Translations under genes and position numbers: made by a program | Source: Balneolaceae bacterium | GTDB taxonomy: Bacteria > Bacteroidota > Rhodothermia > Balneolales > Balneolaceae | NCBI GenBank assembly: GCA_007126675.1 | Contig: SLAU01000279.1 | Location: 1-39,013, forward strand | Reading direction: 5' to 3' | DNA: 39,013 nucleotides | In this document: in pieces, positions 22,128 to 31,904 of the stretch | Numbering within the stretch: the first letter of the stretch is position 1 | Layout: every line of letters starts with the position of its first letter | Notes under the pieces: model-generated | The model's input: the letters and a program-made list of their open reading frames with translations, nothing else | Databases searched by the model: none | What the model was told of the DNA's origin: nothing

Positions 22128-24094
22128 CAACTCTGTTTGCATTCTTATTTATGGGATTGAGCGTGGCTGTTCAGGACACCGTGCCTCCAATTATGGATGT
22201 TGATGCAGATACAATAAATGGAGTATTAGATCCGGGTGCGATGCAGGAGGAGATGGAAGATGCCGAGACAGATACTATTATTCCTGTTTCTATCTGGCAA
22301 TATCTACCCTCTACCGGGTACGAAGTGAATGAAACGGACAGTACGTTACGATGGGTGAATATGCTGAACCTGACCGACCGGTTTGCAAAACGGCCCGGGG
22401 GTATTTCTTACAGAACAGGAATCTTCAGCAGGGTAGACGGAACTGATTTTCACACTTTTGAGAACCGCCATTTCAGAGCAGAAATGAATGGGTTAAATAT
22501 AAACGATCCTTTAACCGGCGGAATCAACTGGTACCGGGTTCCGGTGCATAAAATAAAAGCACTTGAAGAATCGGATTATGGTGCCATTCACAGAACACGG
22601 ATCAGGCTGAGAGATCATTATTTAACACAGCCCAGAACCTATCTGAACTTTGATGAGAGCAGTGAAAATTACCGGAGCCTTGAATTTGTTGCCACTCATA
22701 ATATTAGCCAAAAAACGAATCTCGAAATCTCTTTTTGGGATCGGAGAGACGGTATCGGTTATCAGCGTAGTGAAGTTGAAGGCCGGCAGATTTTTCTGCA
22801 GGGTTACAGGCAGCTTTCCGATACCTGGCTGTTGAGGGTTGGATATATTAACAACAGGGCAGAGCAGCAGCAATCGTTCGGTTACCAGGTAACGGATCCT
22901 GATTTTTTTGCTTTTAATCCGTTTACCGAAACTCCGCTGCAAAATAATGCCGAGTCGAAAGAAAAAACCAAGGATGTATTCCTGCATCTGCATCACCGGG
23001 GTGATAAAGATTCCCCAATCCGGTCGAGCTTTGGGTTCAATTATCAGACTGATGAACGAACCATGCAATATACCGCTGAGGGTGATATTGACTCTCTCGG
23101 TACAAAATTCAGGAATTATGAACTGTACGGAAATCAGCGGCTGCAGGCCGGTAACCTGGAAGCAGAACTGACAGGCCGAACCTTTTTGCTTCATGAAACT
23201 CTGGGAAACCAGCTTACTGAAGATTTTTGGGCGGGTGGTGAATTGAACACCGATCTTCTGTTTCAGCCTAACAGGAATTTATTTCTGTCAGGCAATGCGC
23301 GTACATATTTTCGAAGTGATGGCAGGAGAAGTACAGAAGCTTCAGCCCGGGCAGACCTGATTTTGTTTGACAGGTGGGTATTATCCGGCTTTGCGGGGTA
23401 TGGTGATTTGGCTCCTGATTTGCAGGCACTATACTGGGAATCGATCGAGTTCTCCGGAAATCCCAACCTGAATAATGAAGAAAATCTTACGGTTGGTGCG
23501 CAATCAGTAATTGGTTTTCTCAGGTACTTTAATTTTGGTGTCAGAGCTGATGTGCGAGAAATGAACGATGGTATTTTTTTAGATCCGCAGGGAACATTTA
23601 CGAATATTGATAACTACAGACAACTATCCGGAACCGGATGGCTGGGGCTTGAGTCGAGCTTGTTCGAGGGCCAGATTTCAGCAACCTATAAAACTTTTGA
23701 AACAGAGCAGTCATTGAACCCGGTGAACGTGAGTATGGCCAATTCGCCCGAAAGGTTGTGGCTTAAAGGTAACTTTTATTTAAAAAACTACTTTTTTGAT
23801 CAGGCCACATTTGTAAAGATGGGTGTGAACGGTATATTTTCACCACAATACTACAGAACCGCAGAGTACATTACTCCGTTAAACCGATGGCAGCATGGCG
23901 GTGATCAGGCATTGAATCCGCCATTTAACCGTCTCGATTTTGAAGTATCGGCCCGCATTCGCTGGTTTATGATGCTGTTGAAATGGGAAAATTTGTTGGA
24001 CGGAGTCACTCAGCGGGGTTATTTTGAAACAATGGGCTATCCCATGCCCGAACGCCGATTTATTTTCAGCATAAGAGTACTATTTACGAATTAA
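22124..24094 (+). CDS. Putative outer-membrane beta-barrel protein (putative-porin-like), function unknown
   Basis: A 656-aa ORF with a hydrophobic N-terminus and abundant alternating aromatic/Gly strands. The TTG start overlaps the cinA stop by 4 nt, and an alternative ATG lies at 22151. Confidence 0.65.
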   Translation: MTTLFAFLFMGLSVAVQDTVPPIMDVDADTINGVLDPGAMQEEMEDAETDTIIPVSIWQYLPSTGYEVNETDSTLRWVNMLNLTDRFAKRPGGISYRTGIFSRVDGTDFHTFENRHFRAEMNGLNINDPLTGGINWYRVPVHKIKALEESDYGAIHRTRIRLRDHYLTQPRTYLNFDESSENYRSLEFVATHNISQKTNLEISFWDRRDGIGYQRSEVEGRQIFLQGYRQLSDTWLLRVGYINNRAEQQQSFGYQVTDPDFFAFNPFTETPLQNNAESKEKTKDVFLHLHHRGDKDSPIRSSFGFNYQTDERTMQYTAEGDIDSLGTKFRNYELYGNQRLQAGNLEAELTGRTFLLHETLGNQLTEDFWAGGELNTDLLFQPNRNLFLSGNARTYFRSDGRRSTEASARADLILFDRWVLSGFAGYGDLAPDLQALYWESIEFSGNPNLNNEENLTVGAQSVIGFLRYFNFGVRADVREMNDGIFLDPQGTFTNIDNYRQLSGTGWLGLESSLFEGQISATYKTFETEQSLNPVNVSMANSPERLWLKGNFYLKNYFFDQATFVKMGVNGIFSPQYYRTAEYITPLNRWQHGGDQALNPPFNRLDFEVSARIRWFMMLLKWENLLDGVTQRGYFETMGYPMPERRFIFSIRVLFTN

Positions 24095-24100
24095 CAGAAT

Positions 24101-24985
24101 ATGAGTGCCGGTTATTTAATTAAAGAAGGAATTGCAGGAATTAAGCGCACAAAGCTGGCAGCTTTTACTTCCATGTTTTCACTGTTTGTGGCAGTGTTGT
24201 TAATTGGGGTATTGACGAGAGTGGGTTTTAATGCTTATGAGGTTTCCCAGATACTAAAGCAGCAGGTTGAGGTAGAAGTTTTTTTAGAGAATATTGATGA
24301 GCAAACTACGCTTGAATTACGCAATCGAATTCAACAAAAACCGGAAGTGGCAAACCTTGAATATATCTCGAGAGACAGTGCTTCAGTAATTTTTAAAGAA
24401 GAATTTGGCGTGGGCGGCGAAGCATTGGCTGATTTAAACTTTTTGCCTGCATCTTTTAAAATCAAAATTAGTGAGCAGGCAAGTGTAAATGAGATAGAAG
24501 TTTTTGTATCAGAAATTGAAACGTATGCCGGTGTTGATGATGTACGCTTTAACCTGGCTTTGCTGCAAATATTGGAAACCCGAACCGAACAGCTTGCAAT
24601 TGCAGGCGGAGCGCTTGGCATTTTCATTATGTTTGTGGCGATGATTCTTGTATTTAACACCATCCGTTTAACAATATATGCAAAGCGGGAGCTGATCAGG
24701 GCAATGAAGCTTGTTGGAGCAACAAACGCTTTTATCCGGCGTCCATTTTTGATTGAAGGAGTAATACAGGGATTAATTTCCGGCACCGCCGCAGCCGGAC
24801 TGTTATACCTTATCTTTGAATGGGTGATTCCGCATTACATTTCACAGATAGGTATTTTGGGATGGCCGTTTGGCAGATGGTATTACCTGGTAGGTGCAGT
24901 TGTTTTACTCGCAATTCTTATGGGCTGGATGGGCAGTAAGTGGGCAGCAAAAAGATTCATTAGTGAAACTACCGTGTACGGTTGA
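24101..24985 (+). CDS. ftsX: Cell division permease FtsX
   Basis: 294 aa with one N-terminal TM segment, a periplasmic loop and three C-terminal TM segments (RELIRAMKLVGATNAFIRRPF). No ftsE gene is adjacent. Confidence 0.85.
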   Translation: MSAGYLIKEGIAGIKRTKLAAFTSMFSLFVAVLLIGVLTRVGFNAYEVSQILKQQVEVEVFLENIDEQTTLELRNRIQQKPEVANLEYISRDSASVIFKEEFGVGGEALADLNFLPASFKIKISEQASVNEIEVFVSEIETYAGVDDVRFNLALLQILETRTEQLAIAGGALGIFIMFVAMILVFNTIRLTIYAKRELIRAMKLVGATNAFIRRPFLIEGVIQGLISGTAAAGLLYLIFEWVIPHYISQIGILGWPFGRWYYLVGAVVLLAILMGWMGSKWAAKRFISETTVYG

Positions 24986-25325
24986 TCAATTAACTGGCTG
25001 AGGCTTACAGTAACGTCAGTTCGATATAAGATTTTGGTAAAACAGTTAGATTGTCCCTAAAAGTCGATTATTATTTTAAGACTTAATCAATTTCGTTATG
25101 CCACGCCCCAGCGTGGCATCTCCTGCCTATATCAACGCTTGGAGATCCCGGATCTTCGCTAACGCTGCGTCCGGGATGACACCTTTTTTGGATCAAAGTC
25201 ACTTTTATACTAATGATTTTATGTCGCCCCAGTAGGGATCCCCAGGTGAAACTCAGCTTATAGCAGTTTCTGCATCTTTGAATGAAGGTGAGTCGTTACC
25301 AATATTACACGATATGGATAAGCGG

Positions 25326-25832
25326 TTAATTACCAGATAGTGACTTAATTTTATCTCCGCTGGCCTTTCGTTTTTTGCATTCTTCAGTATCGTTGCATGT
25401 ACCGAAAAGATGCAGTGAATGCCCCTCAATATTAAAGTTGTGTAACTGCTCCATCAGTTTTTGTATTTCCAAAATTCGCGGATCACAAAATTCAATAACA
25501 ACCCCGCACTCTTTGCAGATCATATGATCGTGCTGCTGGTAGGCATAGGATCGCTCATAGTAATACTGGTTTTTACCAAACTGCTGGCGCTGCACAAGAC
25601 CGCATTCAATCAATAAATCGAGTGTATTGTAAACGGTGGCTCTTGAAACGCGTGTACCGGAATTCTTCATACTGAAAAAAATGTCGTCAGCATCAAAATG
25701 GCCATCAGATTTGTAGATCTCTTCAAGCACCATAAATCGTTCAGGTGTCTGCCGTTGATTTTTTTCTTTCAGATAAGTCCTGAAAATTTCTTTTACCAGG
25801 TGTATTGTGTCTTCGTGTGCAGGGTGTGCCAT
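25326..25832 (-). CDS. Fur-family transcriptional regulator (Fur/Zur/PerR not distinguishable)
   Basis: Winged-helix region RATVYNTLDLL, HDHMICKECG and a second Cys pair (CNDTEEC). It carries a basic C-terminal extension. Confidence 0.85.
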   Translation of the reverse strand: MAHPAHEDTIHLVKEIFRTYLKEKNQRQTPERFMVLEEIYKSDGHFDADDIFFSMKNSGTRVSRATVYNTLDLLIECGLVQRQQFGKNQYYYERSYAYQQHDHMICKECGVVIEFCDPRILEIQKLMEQLHNFNIEGHSLHLFGTCNDTEECKKRKASGDKIKSLSGN

Positions 25833-25996
25833 AATGGTATGTTAAAGTATATTTTTTATATCCCCTTGTAAAAACGGAACGCTCTGTTTTAGTTAATCGT
25901 ATTAAAAAATGAGTGTATCAGTTTACAAAACACTATTAAAATTGTGTTAATATTTTATCTTATGCTCAAAATGACAACTACCAAACACTTTACACT

Positions 25997-27874
25997 ATGC
26001 CTGCAGTAGTCGCTTTTGAAACAATTCCGGAGCTTTACATTAATCTGGTTAAAAAATACGAAAATACTGATAAAACAGCTTTTGCTTTTAAGCCCAGTCC
26101 TAATGAAGATTATAAAACAGTTACATGGAGCACAGTTAAAGAAGATGTAACCGCCTTAGCCAGTTATTTACTGCAGCAGGGTGTTGAAGAAGGCGAGCGG
26201 GTGGCCATACTCAGCGAAAACCGATATGAATGGGCTGTTGTTGATCTCGCAATTCAATCCATCGGCGCTATAAATGTAGCCCTGTATACAACACTGCCGC
26301 CGCATCAGTGCGAATATATATTGAATGATTCCGGTGCAAGAATCTTTTTTGTATCCACCGGAATACAACTGAAAAAAGCAGTAGAAATTTTTGACAATTG
26401 TAAAGAACTGAAGCAGGTTATCGCTTTTGACGAACCCAAAGTGAAAGCTCATCTTAAAAATAATTTTGTGAAACTTTTTGACACTGTTTGCACCGCAGGT
26501 TCTAAAGCAGAAACAAAACTAAGCGATCAACTGAAAAAAAGAACAAAAGGGGTTAAGCCGGAAGATGTTTCTACACTCATCTATACGTCCGGTACAACCG
26601 GGAACCCAAAAGGTGCAATGCTGACTCACCGTAATATTGTGAGCAACGTTAAGGCTGCTCATGATGCTATTACGATTAGTGATAAAGATCGTTGCCTTTC
26701 ATTTTTACCCCTCTGCCATTCATTTGAACGTACCGGCGGTTATTATGCTATGGCCGCCGGAGGTGCAGAGATTTATTATGCCGAAAGTGTGGATACCGTT
26801 GCTAAAAATATGCTGGAAGTGAATCCGACTATTGTGGTCAGTGTTCCGAGATTGTTTGAAAAGATCTACAATCTTGTAAAGAAAAATGTTCAGGAAGGCA
26901 GTGCAATACAGCAAGCGATTTTCAATTGGGCACTTGATGTGGGAGAAAAACACTGGAAAGGAAAGCGCGGTCTGATAAGTGTTCAAAAAACAATAGCGGA
27001 TAAGCTGGTATTTGATAAACTGAGGCAGCGTACCGGCGGCAGAATACGGTTCTTCGTTTCGGGTGGTGCTGCACTTCCGGCAGAGATTGGTGCTTTCTTT
27101 ATGTCAGCTGGCTTAAATATCCTCGAAGGCTATGGCCTTACCGAAACTTCGCCGGTGATGACCTGTAACCGGTACGGGGAAGAGGAGATGGGTACAGTTG
27201 GAAAAGTGATTAATGGAGTTACGGTTGGAATCCAGCGGCTCGAGGATAACAAAATCATTGCACAGCTTAGCGGTGAGGACTATCCTTCCGATTTAACCTC
27301 CGAGCCCGGTGAGATTTTGAATCGCGGACCCAATACGATGAAAGGGTACTGGAATAATGAAGAAGCAACCAAAGAGATGATTGATGACGATGGCTGGCTT
27401 CATACCGGCGATGTCGGGCGGTTTGTAAACGGCAGGCTCCAGATTACCGACCGCATTAAGCATATGATCGTGAACGCCGGTGGTAAAAATATTTATCCCG
27501 GTCCGATTGAGGATATGTTCAAGACGAGCAAGTGGGTCGACCAGCTTGTTGTGGTTGGGGAAAACCAGGCTTTTATGGCTGCACTGATTGTACCCGATTT
27601 TGAAGCACTTGAAACACATGCAAAGCAGAACGACATCAAGTATGATTCAATGGAAGATCTTCTGAAAAATGAAGCAATCGTCAATATTTTCAGTAAAGAA
27701 ATTCGTTCGTTCTCAAAAGAACTTGCGTCTCATGAGAAAATCAGAGATTTCAGATTAATACCCAATGAGTTTACGGTTGAAACCGGCGAACTCACACCCA
27801 CCCTGAAAGTAAAAAGACGTGTAATTGAAGATAAATACGGTGATTTGATTGAGGATATGTTTAAAGACGCATGA
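25997..27874 (+). CDS. Long-chain fatty acid--CoA ligase (AMP-dependent synthetase)
   Basis: 625 aa with the AMP-binding motifs YTSGTTGNPKGAMLTHRN, EGYGLTETSP and GWLHTGD. Confidence 0.88.
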   Translation: MPAVVAFETIPELYINLVKKYENTDKTAFAFKPSPNEDYKTVTWSTVKEDVTALASYLLQQGVEEGERVAILSENRYEWAVVDLAIQSIGAINVALYTTLPPHQCEYILNDSGARIFFVSTGIQLKKAVEIFDNCKELKQVIAFDEPKVKAHLKNNFVKLFDTVCTAGSKAETKLSDQLKKRTKGVKPEDVSTLIYTSGTTGNPKGAMLTHRNIVSNVKAAHDAITISDKDRCLSFLPLCHSFERTGGYYAMAAGGAEIYYAESVDTVAKNMLEVNPTIVVSVPRLFEKIYNLVKKNVQEGSAIQQAIFNWALDVGEKHWKGKRGLISVQKTIADKLVFDKLRQRTGGRIRFFVSGGAALPAEIGAFFMSAGLNILEGYGLTETSPVMTCNRYGEEEMGTVGKVINGVTVGIQRLEDNKIIAQLSGEDYPSDLTSEPGEILNRGPNTMKGYWNNEEATKEMIDDDGWLHTGDVGRFVNGRLQITDRIKHMIVNAGGKNIYPGPIEDMFKTSKWVDQLVVVGENQAFMAALIVPDFEALETHAKQNDIKYDSMEDLLKNEAIVNIFSKEIRSFSKELASHEKIRDFRLIPNEFTVETGELTPTLKVKRRVIEDKYGDLIEDMFKDA

Positions 27875-27885
27875 CTGTGAGTAAC

Positions 27886-27980
27886 GAGTATTGAGTATCG
27901 AGTATCAAGTAGTGAGATTTGGAAAGAAGTCTCGGTAAACATCTTGCTACTCAATACCTGATACTCGATACTCACTACTC
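27886..27980. repeat. Long imperfect inverted repeat built from gagta-type words
   Basis: The 16-bp perfect core tgagtatcgagtatca (27892-27907) pairs with tgatactcgatactca (27959-27974). Imperfect extensions lie on both sides. It sits between convergent genes. Confidence 0.6.
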
Positions 27981-27981
27981 T

Positions 27982-28386
27982 CTAATCAAGATTCCCATCC
28001 TCAAAAGTAGTATCAGCTGCTGGTTTTTTGCGTGCTTCGATGAATGAACGCACACCGGCAACCAGGAAAAAGATACATGCAAGGGCCATAATCGCCTGAC
28101 CGATTGCAGCTGCAGGACGCTCAAGCTCTCCGCCGCCCAGAACGCCGAATACACTCATCAGTCCGCCGAAAGATCCGCCCAGGCCAAGTATAGCAAGCAG
28201 CAGGGCAGCGTGCATGGAGTGTTTGCGCATGTTTTCGCTGCGATTGCCCAGAAAACCAAGGCCGACAAAAGCTAATCCGAAAAATGCAGGAATCAGCGCG
28301 GTTGCACTGGCCGCTCCGGTAGCAATGTAGGAAGCAATTCCAAGAATAATTAAGAAAACACCTGTGTAAATAGATAGTTTAGTCAT
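27982..28386 (-). CDS. Small Gly/Ala-rich integral membrane protein (four predicted TM segments), function unknown
   Basis: A 134-aa ORF with four hydrophobic segments read directly from the translation. Confidence 0.6.
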   Translation of the reverse strand: MTKLSIYTGVFLIILGIASYIATGAASATALIPAFFGLAFVGLGFLGNRSENMRKHSMHAALLLAILGLGGSFGGLMSVFGVLGGGELERPAAAIGQAIMALACIFFLVAGVRSFIEARKKPAADTTFEDGNLD

Positions 28387-28467
28387 AATATTATGTAAGA
28401 GATTTTACTAACTGGTTAATACAAATTCATTGCAATGAAGATCGGTAAGATTTTATCATTTTTCTAC

Positions 28468-28866
28468 TTATTGAAGATCCAATTTCTTTAATAGCTTGTG
28501 TACCCGCCGCCGGTTTACGCCAAGATCACTGTATCCCACCCTGCTCGCGCTCCGGATATGAAGCAGGGAACCTTCATTTGCATTTTCTATGGCAATGGTA
28601 ACATCGTCTCTGAATCGAAAAACCGGTATGCAAAACACTGCGCCTATAAAGTGCCGGTTGCGATCAGGTGATATCTCTTCTGCTCGCATTTCCTGAAGAA
28701 CTTTTAGTACTGTTTCAAATAGTTCTTCGGGCGAATTGTTGACTATTCTTGATACACGTAAACAATTTGGAGAATCGGGACAAGCATCAAGCGGAGATTG
28801 CGACATCTCGCAATCTGAGGGCAGATCACCTGTTTTTGATCCGGAAAAATAATTTCTGATTACCAT
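28468..28866 (-). CDS. DUF1499 domain-containing protein
   Basis: 132 aa with a CPDSPNC motif near the N-terminus followed by an alpha/beta region, typical of DUF1499. Confidence 0.65.
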   Translation of the reverse strand: MVIRNYFSGSKTGDLPSDCEMSQSPLDACPDSPNCLRVSRIVNNSPEELFETVLKVLQEMRAEEISPDRNRHFIGAVFCIPVFRFRDDVTIAIENANEGSLLHIRSASRVGYSDLGVNRRRVHKLLKKLDLQ

Positions 28867-29034
28867 ATACTTAAGATTAAGTTAGTTTGTGCAACCACCC
28901 GCTTTCCTGGTTCGTTCAGTTTGTTTTGAGAAGGACTACCTGATGATGAAGAATACTCACTTCTTGGTATTGTGATTAAAATCAAAAATGACAACTTTGG
29001 CTGTCATTTTTTACCCCAATTAAATTTTATCATC

Positions 29035-29988
29035 ATGTACATACAAGTTTTAAAACAGGCATTTGTATTGCTCATATTTCTCATTTTCATTCAACCGTTA
29101 AGTGCTGCGGATCTTTCTGATGCAGAAGTTACAATCGTTTGGACAGGCAACTCGAATGTAGTACTCGATATTGCCGGTGATCGCTATCCTATGCGTGCCG
29201 GTCAGGAGCGGGAGATTGTTTTACCTGTGTCTGATGCAATTGTAGTTTCTGTAATTACCCCTGCTGAAACCTTCGTTGCTGATGAATTCCTGATTTTAGA
29301 AAACGACAGCGAGCAAAAAATATATATCAGTATGGAAAACAGACAGGTAGTTTTTCAGATTGGTGCAGAACCCGAAATTGCATCACAAACCGAAGATATT
29401 ACAGAACAGCCCGAAAGCAGGACTGATGTTCAACAGGAAGAGTCTGATAGATTAGTCGATCGTGAAGTTTCTGGGTATGTTTTTGACCAGTACAGTTTTG
29501 GACTGAACCTGGAAGATCTTGATGACGGTGGAACATTGTTTCTTGAATTTTATAATCGCAGACTTTTCCCGAGACAAGGTGAAAATCATGGTTTCATTTT
29601 CAGCAGCCGGCTTGCCTATTTTTTCTTTGGCGGCATGTATTCAGCCGGATCACCCGCTACGGAAATACCCACTCTTCACTTTTTAAATTTTGATATTGGT
29701 GGTGGTTATGGCTGGAATCTTGGGAAGTTTACACCCTCTGCAACATTTAACCTTGTTGCTGCTTCATTTCTTTTTCAGCGCTACGAACTTAGTGATAATC
29801 AGGAAAGAAATGCTTCCGATTCTGAGTTTTTCCCATCCCCCTCTGATACGGCTTTTATTCGGTTTCATGCCGCTTTCCAGCCATCGGAACAAAAAAGATT
29901 ATACCTGACGGGAAGTTTAGACTTAGTAGGGATCTTTGGAGATAATTCAGATACCACTATATACGCAGGAATAGGCTTTAGCTTATAG
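29035..29988 (+). CDS. Hypothetical secreted protein, possibly outer-membrane associated
   Basis: The ATG at 29035 gives the signal peptide MYIQVLKQAFVLLIFLIFIQPLSA|ADL. The ORF-track start at 28972 adds a non-signal extension. The C-terminal third is Gly/aromatic-rich and ends GIGFSL. Confidence 0.6.
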   Translation: MYIQVLKQAFVLLIFLIFIQPLSAADLSDAEVTIVWTGNSNVVLDIAGDRYPMRAGQEREIVLPVSDAIVVSVITPAETFVADEFLILENDSEQKIYISMENRQVVFQIGAEPEIASQTEDITEQPESRTDVQQEESDRLVDREVSGYVFDQYSFGLNLEDLDDGGTLFLEFYNRRLFPRQGENHGFIFSSRLAYFFFGGMYSAGSPATEIPTLHFLNFDIGGGYGWNLGKFTPSATFNLVAASFLFQRYELSDNQERNASDSEFFPSPSDTAFIRFHAAFQPSEQKRLYLTGSLDLVGIFGDNSDTTIYAGIGFSL

Positions 29989-30150
29989 TTTGGAAATAAG
30001 TATATAAAGTAACCTGAGCTCGAGATAAGATCCTTGAATTTGGCAACAACAAAGTCCCCTCCTTTTAAAGGAGGGGATTTAGGGGTGGTTGAAAATTGGC
30101 AATGAGCTACTTTTTCAACTTATAGCTTTTCTTAAGGCACACTAAACTAC

Positions 30151-30308
30151 GAGGCTGTCCAAAAAGGTTTTATTCATCGAATTTCGCTTAAATAATTTAG
30201 ATTTATTCTTCTGACTCACCCTATCTCCCTCTCTAAAAAATAGAGAGGGATTTAATGTCTAAATTATTTAAGCTGGTTCATTAATTGATTTACTTTTTGG
30301 ACAGCCTC
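30151..30308. repeat. 158-nt three-tier nested palindrome (MITE-like or structured RNA element)
   Basis: The outer arms are a 16-bp perfect pair, gaggctgtccaaaaag and ctttttggacagcctc. The middle pair matches at 16 of 17 positions, gcttaaataatttagat (30186-30202) and gtctaaattatttaagc (30257-30273). The apex is a 9-bp pair, tccctctct (30226-30234) and agagaggga (30242-30250). Confidence 0.75.
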
Positions 30309-30391
30309 AGGCACTTATCCAAACGCTAATGTCGAACTCACGATAAAATAAGTGGCAGGAATAATTTCTGCCTCTTTAAACACACAGATAT

Positions 30392-31552
30392 TCATGATTC
30401 AACCGGAATCATTCGGTTCAGTACACCGTCAAGTTTTTTGAGGAAATATTGAACCTGCTCTGTGTTATTACTTTTCCCGAAACTGATCCGGATGCTGGAA
30501 TTTGCAAGTTGGTCTGATAATCCAATTCCTTTCAGAACGTGCGAAGGCTCCACAGCCCCGGATGTGCAGGCCGATCCGTTAGAAACACAAATGCCTTCAA
30601 TATCAAGATTCAGCAGCAGCATTTCCCCGTCAAGCCCTTTTCCGTCTGCGGTTTTAAAACAGACATTAACAATATTCGGTACGGAATTGTCAATATTTCC
30701 ATTAATCTGGTATCGCCCCTTGAAGTTTGCTTCCAGTCCGTCGATCAAAGCCGTTTTTAATTTGCTGAAATGAGCAAGATTTTCATCCATCTCATTAATT
30801 GATAGTTCAAGAGCTTTTGCCATTCCCACAATGCCGGCCACGTTCGAAGTGCCGCCACGTCGCCTGCGTTCTTGCGAACCTCCCTGCAGCCAGGGGATCC
30901 AGGGAGTACCATTGCGAACATACAAAATGCCAACTCCCTTAGGGCCGTATATTTTATGAGCGCTGATGCTAAGCAAATCCACACCGAGCTCCTTCACATT
31001 CACCGGCAATTTGCCCACGCTTTGCACGGTATCGGAATGGAAGGGGATTTTCTTCTCTTTACAAACTTCGGCGATCTCTTTTATGGGTAGTATCGTCCCG
31101 ATCTCGTTATTTACATGCATCAGGCTCACAATGGCCGTTTCTTCAGTAATTGCCTCAGCAACCTGTGCCGCGGTGATCATTCCTTTGGTATCAGGCTCGA
31201 GATATGTTACCCTGCATCCGCTCATTTTTAAACTTTCAGCAGGATGAATAACTGCGTGGTGTTCGATAGGAGAGGTGATGATCTCTTTTTTCCGGGTGGC
31301 ATTCACAACGCCTTTTATAGCCGCATTATCACTTTCGGTGCCGCCGCTTGTAAAAATAATTTCTGATGGTTCCGCACCAATTAATTCAGCGATTAGCTCG
31401 CGGGCATCTTCTATTGCAACTTTGGTATCGCGGCCAAGCTGGTGTGCCGAACTCGCATTTCCGAATTTATCAGTGAAATAGGGTAAAATTTCATCAAGTA
31501 CGCGCCGGTCAACCGGGGTTGTGGCAGCATGATCGAAGTAGATTGAACTCAT
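30392..31552 (-). CDS. Cysteine desulfurase (NifS/IscS family, class V aminotransferase)
   Basis: MSSIYFDHAATTP..., the PLP-Lys motif SAHKIYGPKG and the active-site loop SNGSACTSG. I prefer the ATG at 31552; the ORF track extends to a TTG at 31570. Confidence 0.9.
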   Translation of the reverse strand: MSSIYFDHAATTPVDRRVLDEILPYFTDKFGNASSAHQLGRDTKVAIEDARELIAELIGAEPSEIIFTSGGTESDNAAIKGVVNATRKKEIITSPIEHHAVIHPAESLKMSGCRVTYLEPDTKGMITAAQVAEAITEETAIVSLMHVNNEIGTILPIKEIAEVCKEKKIPFHSDTVQSVGKLPVNVKELGVDLLSISAHKIYGPKGVGILYVRNGTPWIPWLQGGSQERRRRGGTSNVAGIVGMAKALELSINEMDENLAHFSKLKTALIDGLEANFKGRYQINGNIDNSVPNIVNVCFKTADGKGLDGEMLLLNLDIEGICVSNGSACTSGAVEPSHVLKGIGLSDQLANSSIRISFGKSNNTEQVQYFLKKLDGVLNRMIPVES

Positions 31553-31904
31553 AGCAATTAATTTTTTCAACGCAAAAATAGAGAATGTTCAGGTTAAAAA
31601 CAGGGATGGGGAATTTTGAATGAGAAATTATGGAATTTTGAAATTTTGAATGATGAATGATGCATTACGACCTGCCAGTGTTTCCGGCGCTTTTTGCCGG
31701 AATCCTGGTAGCGTCTGATCATCGGGTAAATCGAAATAAAATCTGCGAAAATCAGCGAACTCTGCGAGAACGTTCTCGCGGAGTTACGCTGATGATTCAC
31801 AGAGTTGCGCAGAGCACGGGATTGGGTTAAAACCATTTCCAAACCACCTGTACAACCCGTATTTTATAGAAAACCGGATAACTAATAGAGAAAAAGGACT
31901 AAAA

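Noticed and set aside
28985-29012. A hairpin aaaatgaca-actttggc-tgtcatttt with a T-run just upstream of the 29035 start, resembling a terminator.
   Set aside because: No plus-strand gene lies upstream to terminate, because the region is a divergent promoter. The stem is AT-rich and weak. It may be 5' UTR structure, but there is not enough evidence to call it.
28972-29034. N-terminal extensions offered by the ORF track: 28972 for the 29035 gene, 35309 TTG for gene C and 37703 for B2.
   Set aside because: In each case an internal ATG gives a proper signal peptide or lipobox at the N-terminus. For C and B2 that ATG also follows a GGAGG at 6-7 nt spacing. The 37703 extension would read through the remnant A stop region.
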